Position numbers and translations under genes: made by a program. This document shows positions 54,501-64,000 of a stretch of DNA of 64,000 nucleotides, piece after piece (position 1 is the stretch's first letter; the number at the start of each line of letters is the position of its first letter). The notes below the pieces were generated by a model. The model was not told where the DNA came from. It saw nothing but the letters and a program-made list of their open reading frames with translations, and made no database searches. The stretch is from NCBI GenBank assembly GCA_965202585.1, contig OZ241826.1, positions 75,764,001 through 75,828,000 of the forward strand. Direction: 5' to 3'. This DNA comes from Thalia democratica. Lineage: Eukaryota.

Positions 54501-57500
54501 TTTAATTTGTCTATAAATAAAAATTAAATTATAAATCTTAAAAACATTTTCACAAAACTTTTATATCTTATTTAAAGAAAAAAATGAATGTATGATCTGG
54601 GAAAAGAATTCCTTAATAAGAGAAAAAGCCACAAAACAAATTACTATCAGCGTGATCATAAAAAACAAAATTCCTGTACAATTTGTATGTGGCTAAACTC
54701 GTGATTCTTTATTTACACTTGCTTGTAATTGATTTCAAAAGGATGATCTAAGCTTTATCTACAATTAAAATGTTTAAATAAGTCACGTAATCGAATTTTC
54801 CAGATCAGCTTTTATAATTACCAATAATCTCTTTGGTTTAAAAAGAAAACTTTTTATTTAACTGTAAAACAAATATTACCGATCAATTTTTTTTTTATTA
54901 AGTTTAAAACTTAAAAAACGTTTTTGCAGTATTACTAGTTGTTATAAAAAAGTATTAAGTAATTGAATAAGATTATTAGAATAGCTTTTTTAAATCAAAT
55001 TATGTAAAACTTTTGTATTTTAGATAATATGAGATAAAAATTATTCATATTCAATAGACTTAAGTTTTTCTTTTTTGTATACCATATATTAAAAGTAAAA
55101 ATAAAACTAACCTAGGAACTTTTAATTTACAAAATAATTTTTTTATGTTTTTATAAAGTTAAAACGGTTTTGGAAGTATGTGTACCTAGTTTAAGTTCAG
55201 GAAAATATAAAAGGTTTAAAAGTATCAATCAGAAGTCATAAGCTTTATAAAACCTCACGTACGAATAATAAAAATAACAAACAATGCAACCACTAAACTA
55301 CAAAAATGCAAAGAACATAATTTTTTTTTTCTTATGTCATAAGGCTTTTATAAAAAGTCGAGATGTCTTGATTACTCTCGAGATAGTATCGATTATTAAA
55401 AATGATGACTTGCGGTGTTTGATAAAAGTCTGTGTTTACTAAAATATTAAGTTTACTTTGTAAAACCTTATATATATATATATATAATGTCATTTTACAA
55501 TATGAAATCATGGATATATATCAGGGTTACCCAAAATGGACCTTTTCAGAAATTTAGGGGGTCATAAGCTGCAAAGGTCATTATTTTAAAAGTTACTCTA
55601 GATATTCTGGTGCTGATTGTTAAGAGAAAAAGAAAAGATCTTAGGCATATTTAAGGGTGGTTTTGAAACTTATAATAGATAGTATGGGAAAATTCAGAAA
55701 ATTAGAGAGCTATTAGTTGTAAAAGGCCATAATTTGAAACTAACACTAGATATTCTGGAGTTGATGATGAAGAGCAAATGTTATTTTTTGCGTATTAAAA
55801 GATATTTATATAAGAAATCTTATCGAAGGGGGCCATAGTTACTAATTTCTTTAAAGGGAGTCCTAACTTAAAAAAAAGTTTCGAAAGCTCTGGTTAATAT
55901 CTTATAGTAAAATTTACATTTATAAGTTTTTTAAAACTGTTTAAATAAAAGATTAATTTTGGATTGGTAAACTAGAAAATTTCAAGTACACTACACTTTT
56001 AATGTTTACACCCTCATATTTTCTATTTTAAAAAACGAAAAACACATCATCTTTACTGAAAGTTTATGTTTCGAAAATCAATAAATCAAAACAGTAGTAA
56101 TGCGTTTAAACCTTCAAAGGAAGTGTTGTGTTGTCTTGGGATTTGCCGCCTGTGATAAAAACAACAACTTTGAACGCCTCCCTTCTCGAATACTCGAATC
56201 CACTAAGATAAGCGTAGTTGAGCGCCAGTCCCGTCATTCGCTTACCGTTATCGTAGCTGTACAATATTCACTTTTTTTTTTAAAACTTAGCTTTGAAAAA
56301 AATCCTATTTAAATCAATTTTTGTATGTAAACAAGAGTGAATTTAAAAAAAAATAATTAGACTAAGTCACTAACAATATAAATAGGATTACTTGATACAA
56401 ACAGTACAAATAACTTAAACTAACTATAAGTGTCTCAATCGGAGCAACAGGTCGTTTTTTGTGGTGTAAGTGGACAATGGAGCCACGTATCTCGCCTCGT
56501 CCGAGTACAAAATGATGCCAATTCTGGTCGCATGCGGGGCCACTACATAACCTTTCACAAATGACAGCAAAAAATTTTGACTCAATTCGTCAAATTCCGA
56601 CTGTTTTATTCTATTAAAATGATAATTTATTTACGCTGTAGCCATAGATTTCTAATTTATTGACAAATAGATATTATTTTAAATATTTTGATAAATCTAG
56701 CAATTAATTTTAATCCAAAACATTAATATCAAATAAGTTTATTAAAAGTTTCTATATATAAAACAATAGTTTTCTTTATTTTAAAGTAACTCTGTAAATT
56801 CATTAAATTCCTGTTTCGTTTTTTAATTTCTTATTTTTGTTCCAAAACCTAAAATAATCGTAGAAAATTCCAACAGGAATAAAGTATTACATAACTCTAG
56901 AAGCGTGCAAAACATCAAAGGTGCTGATAATATCTAAAACAATTCGTTCTAAAAATTTTATTTTTCAGAAAACTTATCTTTTTTAAACCATTAACCATAA
57001 CATATATTTTCATCTTAATTGTTTCAATTGCAGTTGTTTTTGGAATGTTAGTATTTAAATTTTTGAAAACTTTTTGAAAAATTAACAGAACGTATTAAAA
57101 ATTTATCAGCATTTTATGCAGAAAGTAATTTTAAGAAACAACTACATTTAAATAATGAAGTTTAACAAAACCAACAACAAATTGTAAAATTAATTTTAAT
57201 TAACGTGACACATATATTTTAAAACCTATCAATTTCTTTTTTTTTTACAGTTTTTCAAACTATTTCTGAACATTTTTCAGTTTAAAAAAACATAGTAACA
57301 AAATACTACTTATAAAATTTTTGTTCAATCATTAAAGATTATGACGTCATACTTGGAAGTGTCGATGAGGACGAGAATGTCGGCGGTGATGCTCGCGCAC
57401 GACATGTCAAACTCAAACTTGTACTCGGTTGATGACGTATTCATACCGTATGACGTCATAATCACTTCGTACTCGGTACTCTCCAGATTTTCAAGTCGCA

Positions 57501-60500
57501 CTCTTTCTGCAAATATTTTTGATCTACTAAACATCAAAACATTTAAAACTTTTCTTAAAAATTAACACACCTGTTTTAACATTTTTAATGCTGTAATGCT
57601 GCTGATCACCGTTTAGAGTTTTGTACTTTATTGAGTAGAAATCAATGAGACCTCGGGGGCGATTCCAACTGATCTCGGCAGAGTAGTGATGATTGATGCC
57701 GAATCTGATGTCTTTTGGTGGATCAATGGGCGACAAAAACATATCTGGTTTTAATTTTTTAATATATTTCCTAGTTCTCAACTTTAAATGGGTTAATATA
57801 AACTTGAAAAACAAAACTGTACTTTGATATGTGTTTACTTGCTTATCATATTTTATAAAACAGCACAACATACTAAGAAAAAACATTTTAAAGATCAAAC
57901 AAACATGTTTAAAACATACTGAGGAGCTTCTCACGGAGTCTTTTATGAACGTCCTTCCACAAACTGCACAATCCGTGAGACTTTCTCTTGTAAAAAGGTC
58001 GGTATTTCTCTCCGGACGCACTCGTCAGTTTTTTCAATTGTTTCTGTTTTTGACAAGCTTTCAATTAGCAAGAATTTTCGTTAATCGTTGTACTTGCGGT
58101 CTTTATACACGCGTTAAACAAATTAAATTAAAACAATTTAATGTGTCGTAAAGTTAGTTTAAACGAGCTCTTATTTACTAGAACGATATCAAAAATGTTA
58201 GATAAAATAATTTACATGTGCAAAAATTTTGGCCATTACCATGTCGTATTCAAATTCATTTTGACAAAAAATAGAAAGTGATGATTTAAAATTATTTGCA
58301 TAAGTACTCTAAAGCAAAACTTATAACTATTTTTTACAAACACTAAAAAAGTTATACCAATCTTAGTTTTATTAACTATTATGTAGTTAACCACGGATAA
58401 ATTTCTTGAAAAAATTTGGAGCAACTTTGACAGTTTATCAATTTTAAAAGCTATTTAGTTTAATTGGTCTAAAATAAACAAAGTTTTACCAATTATTAAA
58501 CAAACAAAATCCTTTTTAAAAACTAGCGTAACAAATTGACAAGCAAAAACCGGTTTTCACCTGAATATCAATTTCTTAGTACAATGTACTTTGGCACAAA
58601 AGTTTTTTAAATATTACTAACGTATGAAGCTCCGTCATAACCAACTGTGAGAAACACTGTTTGTGGTCTGATCGAAAGTAGTTTCAGTTCTTCAGAAAAA
58701 TCATCCTTAGAAGGTGAGGCCAGAACTAATACAATCACTTTAGCAACATCTCTTCTCACTCCATAGTTGTACTCATTGACTAAAACCCTTTCCCGAGCAA
58801 AGTTTAGGGCTTTTCCTAATGCTAATTGCCTGCCCGGTTCATTTTGCATATATTCTAAAGCTGTTAAAAATTATAACCTTTTAGCATTACTTAGCATGAT
58901 AAGCTTCTATAGTTATTTGTTAATTATTTTCACAGCCTAAAGTTTTTTCGCTATAAGTTGTGTTAAGTTAAAGGTAAATAATATGTAACTATAAAAATTA
59001 ATAGTTCTTTTATTATCTTGTTTTATTCTATAATATGAATTAAATAGCAAAATTTCAACAATTTTCCAGCGTAGTAGAAAACTAAACTGTTAAGTATGTT
59101 CAAATTGCATTATATAAAAAGTACTACGAAGTTTAGAATTTGTACTTATTCCAAATGTTAAGTAATAACTTTTTTATCAATAAAACTTATTTTGATATAG
59201 TTATTATATTTAGCACACGTTTCAAATAAAAATCACCAATGTACGCGTATTGGAAAATGTAAAAATATTTTTCTCATTTGTTTTCCATAAAGTCGTAATG
59301 CTAAACCATTATTTTCCAATAAATAATCACTACCGTCATTACGACGTCATTATGACTTAAGTGGTAACGCTAAAGCTTTTAACTTTTTTTTTTTGGAATA
59401 TTGTAAAATAATATCATTTATTAAGTATATTGAGGCTTTGCTGACGGTCTGAGCTCATATTAAGAAGCGTTTAAAAGGCTATTACCGCATTGTCGAAAGT
59501 GCTGTTTTAATAAAATTGAATAAGTTTAAAAACAAACCTTGTTTTCCAAAAAAGATAAATATATTTTCAGTCATAGATGAAAAAAGAATGACTTAAAAAG
59601 TTTAGTTGAATTACTTATTTTAACCATAAAAAATATGTTCTCAATAATATGTTTACTTAGATCATTATGTTAAAACTTTCGTAGTACTATTTAAACGTGT
59701 ACAGTTCAATTTTATAAATGTTTAAAAATTTAGATAGTAAAAATAAATTTAAAACTAATATAGCCTACTATAGTCATCCCCTGTGAGATTTGTAAGTTTT
59801 TTTTGCTAAACTGTTTATTTATCCGAGAGAAATAACTAGCAGTCGATATGATGTTTCACGCTTGATTTGGATTAATCTTATAATAACAACCGCTCAATCT
59901 ATTACAAAAGTATTGGCAATTCTCAGAAACAAAGACAGACGGTAGTAGGGAGGTTTAATTGTTAACGATTTTTATAATGACAGACAAATTAATGAAACCG
60001 CGCTGTGAGCACAATGCAATCTCGAATACACGTCGATTACATTTTCAGACGGCGCTAGCAGTTGTATATATAAGCTTTTAATGAACAGTTTGAAATAACT
60101 TCAAAGAATAAAGAAGTCGCTTGCAGTCTTATATTGTTGCGCACGCTGTGTGGTTTCAAATTGAAGGTAATCATACCCGTGACACTGCATTGACACTGTT
60201 GTGATTACCTAATGTGCTGACTCGTTATGTTTAAAAGTAGCCCACGCTTTTTTCAATATCGACTGTGAAAAAATTCTACTGTCAATAAATGCAAATTTGT
60301 AAAGAAAGGCATCCTTTTTAGTGACTCGACGCGACTTTGAGGAACTTTTAAGATCGAAACTACTGCGATCTAGTGGCGATTATATGTTTAATTAGAAGTA
60401 CACATGTGTTTTTTGACGGTTTTTTTCTCATTAATGTATGTATACTTTAAAAAAAGTTGTGTAAACATTCGTCGTCATAAATTCGTTACACTTAAATTTT

Positions 60501-63500
60501 CATGATTGAATTTCGAATGGACAATGGACATGCTTGTACGAATATACAATGACAATTTTATTAACATCTTTTTTAACTTTAAATGAACTGCTGATGCATT
60601 TATATACAACATTTTGATATTGCAAAGTGTAAAACACTTCTAGAAGTTATAAGCTATATTTCTTTATGCAATTGCAGAAAATTATACTGCATTTTAAAAA
60701 TTTATAAATAAAGCCTTAAAATTTGTATAGAAACTTAAAAATATAAAATATTTTTATCTGCCAAGTTAAAAATTTGACATTATAAGTACTACTAAATGCC
60801 ACTTTATAACCTCATAGATAAAATCAGTGGATTTTGTCATCTTAAATCTAACGTAAAATTGATAAAAAGTTTATTTGTAGCTCATTAACACCTAGCTTTC
60901 GGTTTAAATACTTAAGTAAACTCCTTGACCAAGTTCATAGAAGTAAAATATTTACTATACTATACAATTTTTTGAAACTAAGTATCTTTTATTTTTTTTT
61001 TCTAATTGCAACATTATTGGAAATTTATTAACCTTAAATATAAACTGACCTCTTTGGTAACCATAGTAGTCAGTGTACCTCCGAAATGAAAAGTCTACGT
61101 GGGGTGGGTCTCTTGGATTTATCAGGGATATCTGAACCTGAAGTACAAAAATATACTATGAAACTAATACTTTGAATAATTTTCAAGTAGGTAAAAATTT
61201 TGAAAACTAATTTTGTTTTGAAAATATGTACACTTAGGTTTATTTTAAGCCTGTTCGGAAAGCGTCAAGTTTTATATTGTAGAAATTGATACGTAAAGCT
61301 TACAGTATAATGCGTTGGCATCTAAGCTTTACACTTGTGCGGCTGAAAAAAAGTTTAAAAGCTTGGAAAATGCAGAGATAAACTACATTGCCGTCTAAGC
61401 GGTGAGCAATCTATGTCAATTAAGTCGGCTTATGACGGATCAACAGCTAATCATTTGTCCTTCCAGCAAACCACTGTCATCTGGTAAACAGAGCGTTTCA
61501 TTCATAAGAGCGAGTTTTAGCGGGAGTTCGTGTAAAGATAAAGATCTTCAGCGAATTTATGACGTCACAGTGAGAGATGGAAACTTGATTATTACGTAAC
61601 AATCGATCATGTCACAAACAAGTCGCAAAACACTGTGCCGTCCCCTTAAGTCACCTTATCTAAAACATAAATCGGCTGTTGTTGAGCAAAAAAGCAATTA
61701 GCCTTGCTTTGTGAGAGCAAATGAAATCAATTGAGGTTACGTTTCGTTTAAACATCAATTTTAGCTTAATTTTTAAACAGAAACCAAACAGTTTATAAAT
61801 ATAAATTTAAATATTTTTTTTACATTTCGAAGTGTCAGCGATTTAACTTTGGTGTTTAGCTAATTAAAGATTATTTTGCACAAAAAATAAATAATATATG
61901 TATAAACTTTGCAAATCTAGTTTTTATATTACGGTTTTGCATTTAAATTTTATTTCTCATTAAACTTTATACTTTGAATCTTCATAATAAAAAAGTTATT
62001 ATTTTATAAAGTTTTTGAGAAACAAGCTGTAGGGCTTCTTTTTTTTTAAATTTTATTGATAAGCTTAAGTTAAAACTTGTGTTTTTAATTTTTAATTTAA
62101 AACTTTTATATATCTACTAGCTACCACCACTTGTTATTATTAAAACGTTACTTTAAATTGCCTCATTTGTATGTTTAAAAAACCCTGTTTGTAATACAAA
62201 ATTACCATAAAGCTATATTATTAAAGTAGCTACTACTTTAAGTATAACAGCTTTTGGTAAAGTAGAAACTTTTTAGTTTAGTTTTAAAAATTCAAATGAT
62301 GTAACCTTTGGCTACATAAAAACAAAATTTAATTTTAGAAACTTAAAGTTAATTGAATTATAAGTTTATACAAACTTTGACTCCTTATGTCAAGTTCTTT
62401 ACGATTGTCGCTTACTGTACAACTCTAACAAAATAAATTTGCTAACAAAGGAGTTAATAACTAACTTTTCTTCCACCGGTAACATTAAAGTAAGTGGTAA
62501 TATTTCGAAGCAAACACTTAATTCCTCTCAAATCAGCGTCATTATTTGACGATTTATCCACAATGTATAATACGTCTAAAGAGAGGTCTATCAATTCTAT
62601 AAAAATAAGCTCTATAAAAGTCATATTGTTTTCTGAACTAAAAATTAAAAAAAATTTTTTTAGGATTTTATAAAATATTTTAGTGTAAGTTTTAAATACT
62701 TTAATTTTGAAAAAAAAATCCTGCAAAACTAATTATTTTTAATTGACTTATTTGTAAAAGTTACAGTTATGAATTTTCTAATTACCATAAATTTAGATGC
62801 TCGTAAAAAGTTGTAAAGTTTATTTTCCTTTTCGAACAGTTTTGTACTAAAATACAACGTTTCTATTTTAATTTTTGTTGTACCCAAAACCTAGCATCTT
62901 AATAGCTAAATTTTATAACTTTTTATTCAACAATATTCCAAATTACTAAAATAAAGTTCTTATAATAAGAGTTTATTTACTCACTTTTAAATGTTTATAA
63001 AAAATCGTAATTTGAAAAAAAACTGATTGAAATTGTACAATTAATTAACATCAGGTTTAATGCATTTTCTAAAAAAGTAGACAGCTGTTTAGTTTTTATT
63101 TTAAAGTTAATCCTTAAAACAATATCAATTAAACAGATTATCTGCAAAAATTAAATACCAATTGATGTATAAACATTACTTCATACATTATTGCACAATC
63201 CTAACATATATCTGACACGAATATGTATTTAAAATGCTTTCAAATACGTATGAGCTACGAATTTATAATTTAAAGCTTTTGCTTGTGGTTTTTATTTATT
63301 TAGATGATTACTTTAAGCAGCTTAATCACATCAAAGGCTTTAAAAGTGTAAATAAAAGTAATTTGATTGAAAACTTATTTAAATAAGCAGCCGGTTTATT
63401 AAAAGAAAATCCTAAGAACTAAGTTTAAAACAATTTTTAAATCTAGTTGTTTTTGTGTATTCACTTTTAAATTTTTTTGCTTGACGTCAATCACAAGTAA

Positions 63501-63577
63501 GCTAGAAAACTACATATAAAAAAACCTACCTGGAATGTATCCAGTATCTATGTCTCTTCCACCGAGTAAAGATAACT
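43017..63577 (-). CDS. Copy A: apparently intact multi-exon gene for a secreted-type extracellular matrix protein with 4 vWA and 5 FN3 domains (collagen XII/XIV-like N-terminal architecture, no collagen helix); 5' end outside window
   Basis: Manual splicing, all GT-AG with matching phases. Exons 5'->3': 63530-63577, 62466-62596, 61050-61137, 58622-58860, 57920-58043, 57571-57744, 57353-57506, 56425-56610, 56112-56256, 53963-54218, 53592-53751, 52658-52764, 50405-50560, 50039-50161, 49493-49758, 49163-49356, 48776-48929, 47044-47210, 46648-46815, 45998-46167, 45809-45934 (donor least certain), 45367-45508, 43922-44109, 43451-43609, 43196-43381, 43017-43075 (ends TAA). About 4070 nt coding with no internal stop. 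Domain calls come from recognising consensus motifs, not from a database search. Confidence 0.88.
45809..49356 (-). CDS. Copy A vWA domain 3, divergent FN3 domain 5 and Cys-Cys linker (6 exons)
   Basis: VDIAFLVEISPSLMEEEFISTRNFLKSLAGAFD...KTFKHARSGVPRIMFLLAT...HRYVLSSYDQL (vWA); LQADTSYYFVLEAHSGRNFSAAITVPFHT (FN3 second half); a 63-nt intron at 45935-45997 precedes WNHLFTNKEVMLPNGQCCAVNK. Confidence 0.8.
47490..48324. mobile_element. Tc1/mariner-like non-autonomous element (835 bp) in a copy-A intron
   Basis: 25-bp TIR cagtacactaccgcttaagtacgca vs tgcgtacttaagcggtagtatactg (1 mismatch); TA on both sides; repeated gtgcgtactt subterminal motifs; no transposase ORF. Confidence 0.9.
49493..50560 (-). 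CDS. Copy A FN3 domains 3 and 4 (3 exons)
   Basis: PSPKRTEV...VEIFWQPPDSVRYVSQYQVSVY-...NKLYPGTEYEVWVLAMYGRGIKSKP; PKPANFRMSKAYETQVQLSWD...YYVQV...VENLIPGKSLTATLQ-ASLGSDISS. Confidence 0.9.
52658..54218 (-). CDS. Copy A end of vWA domain 2 and FN3 domain 2 (3 exons)
   Basis: RLKKDGALTLKIEV...LKAVQHKISDVIC (vWA C-terminus); PSPINLHVSDVTNTTIEVTWEQ...ITGYDVTI and FKLWDLLPGHEYNIVVTATG (FN3 consensus). Confidence 0.9.
55522..55892. mobile_element. Older, degraded member of the same hAT-like MITE family in a copy-A intron
   Basis: Ends cagggttacccaaa / tttcgaaagctctg; internal ggccataatttgaaactaacactagatattctggagttgatgatgaagagcaaa matches 10178-10230; absent from B/C. Confidence 0.75.
56112..57744 (-). 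CDS. Copy A FN3 domain 1 and first part of vWA domain 2 (4 exons)
   Basis: PIDPPKDIRFG...AEISWNRPRGLIDFYSIKY...VRLENLESTEYEVIMTSY (FN3), then CASITADILVLIDTSK-IKQSEFDELSQNFLLSFVKGYVVAPHATRIGIILYSDEARY...-MTGLALNYAYLSGFEYSRREAFKVVVFITGGKSQD (vWA). Confidence 0.9.
57920..63577 (-). CDS. Copy A N-terminal linker exon plus vWA domain 1 (5 exons)
   Basis: Spliced: LSLLGGRDIDTGYIPE-LIDLSLDVLYIVDKSSNNDADLRGIKCLLRNITTYFNVTGGRK-VQISLINPRDPPHVDFSFRRYTDYYGYQRA-LEYMQNEPGRQLALGKALNFARERVL...GVRRDVAKVIVLVLASPSKDDF...VFLTVGYDGASY-KQLKKLTSASGEKY...KRLREKLL. vWA secondary-structure motifs appear in the expected order. Confidence 0.85.
59330..59490. promoter_or_regulatory. Conserved intronic block; copies at 745-900, 17120-17245 and 33290-33450
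   Basis: ttacgacgtcatt and ctga(c/t)ggtctgagctcatatt are conserved in all four copies. Confidence 0.4.
59925..60245 (+). promoter_or_regulatory. Conserved promoter-like block (TATA-like element, splice-donor-like site, hairpin); copies at 1360-1650, 17630-17960 and 33850-34170
   Basis: aatgaaaccgcgctgtgagcaca...tctcgaatacacgtcga is followed by tatatataag (60065) and cagtt, then gaag|gtaatc. Present in all four copies; orientation is inferred. Confidence 0.45.
60800..60865. promoter_or_regulatory. Conserved AT-rich intronic block; copies at 2200-2270, 18510-18575 and 34720-34790
   Basis: aacctcatagataaaatcagt...tttgtcatct...aatcta...gtaaaattgat is nearly invariant in four copies. Confidence 0.35.
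61285..61710. promoter_or_regulatory. Conserved ~430-bp non-coding block, putative enhancer; copies at 2720-3180, 18995-19460 and 35200-35650
   Basis: High similarity across all four copies; TGACGTCA in three copies and several AGATAA/TTATC motifs; intronic in copy A; no consistent ORF. Confidence 0.5.
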
Positions 63578-63761
63578 CTGTTAAAAATTTATAGCTTTAA
63601 TAACCTTTAACTCAAAACTTTAGTTTTTATCTTAGTTCATACTTTAACCTTTAACTTATAACCATATAAAGAGTTTTTTAATGACATATTAATTTAGAGA
63701 TATTAAAAACTGTTTGATACAACCTTTTAAGAGCGCTGAGTGATATTAAATCACATGTTTC

Positions 63762-63885
63762 AATCCTAAAAGTAGCTGGTTGCGGTTGTAATTATACTAG
63801 AAGCTGATCAAATTATTTTGTTCGAAAAAATGAAGGCCATCTAAATATGACGTATTTATAATGTGTGCAGATGTTAAAACAGTTT
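63762..63885. promoter_or_regulatory. Conserved non-coding block; copies at 3765-3885, 20965-21085 and 36963-37085
   Basis: tcaatcctaaaagtagctggttgcggttgtaattatactagaagctgatcaaat is identical in three of the four copies. Confidence 0.5.
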
Positions 63886-64000
63886 TGTGGTAATATACAA
63901 GCTCATGGCTTTTGTTGAATAGTTTTTCGGTTTGATTAAGAAAGTTTCTTAAACAAACTTTTTGTATGACAACGGTTTTTAATGATTGTTAATATTTTTC

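Larger units (their letters stand above)
1..64000. repeat. Segmental tandem array of four units (periods ~16.3, ~16.2 and ~26.1 kb)
   Basis: Collinear blocks recur in the same order and orientation; marker gaaaccgcgctg at 1434, 17707, 33923 and 59994. Confidence 0.97.

Noticed and set aside
56895-56950. Conserved segment (also ~15835 and ~32040) first read as a small vWA2 exon
   Set aside because: It has a stop in the required phase in copy A, and the frame is completed without it by the 56425-56610 exon.
1-64000. CRISPR arrays, rRNA, tRNA, prokaryotic operons or defence systems
   Set aside because: None seen. The exon-intron structure shows eukaryotic DNA, and there are no regularly spaced short repeats or cloverleaf-like sequences.

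Overview
AT-rich eukaryotic (metazoan, invertebrate-like) genomic DNA. It is not prokaryotic, so most ORFs in the supplied track are exon fragments or noise. The window is a tandem array of four copies of one minus-strand, multi-exon gene. A shared marker (gaaaccgcgctg) sits at 1434, 17707, 33923 and 59994, giving periods of 16,273, 16,216 and 26,071 bp. Copy A (43017 to beyond 63577, 5' end just outside the window) can be spliced by hand through 26 GT-AG exons with matching phases into one open frame of about 1,355 codons. Its order is vWA-FN3-vWA-FN3x3-vWA-FN3-linker-vWA-basic tail, resembling the collagen XII/XIV N-terminus but with no triple helix. Copies B (~26.9-37.5 kb), C (~11.5-21.5 kb) and D (1 to ~4.3 kb) are decayed, with frameshifts, stops, lost splice sites and multi-exon deletions. 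About ten non-coding blocks are far better conserved among copies than the dead exons are, one being 105 bp identical in three copies, and the large deletions in B/C removed exons but left those blocks. Several blocks carry conserved plus-strand (antisense) promoter and splice signals and fixed-spacing inverted repeats. Several non-autonomous DNA transposons (hAT-like, Tc1/mariner-like, long-TIR) mark individual copies. All alignments and translations were done by eye; the species is not determinable from the sequence.
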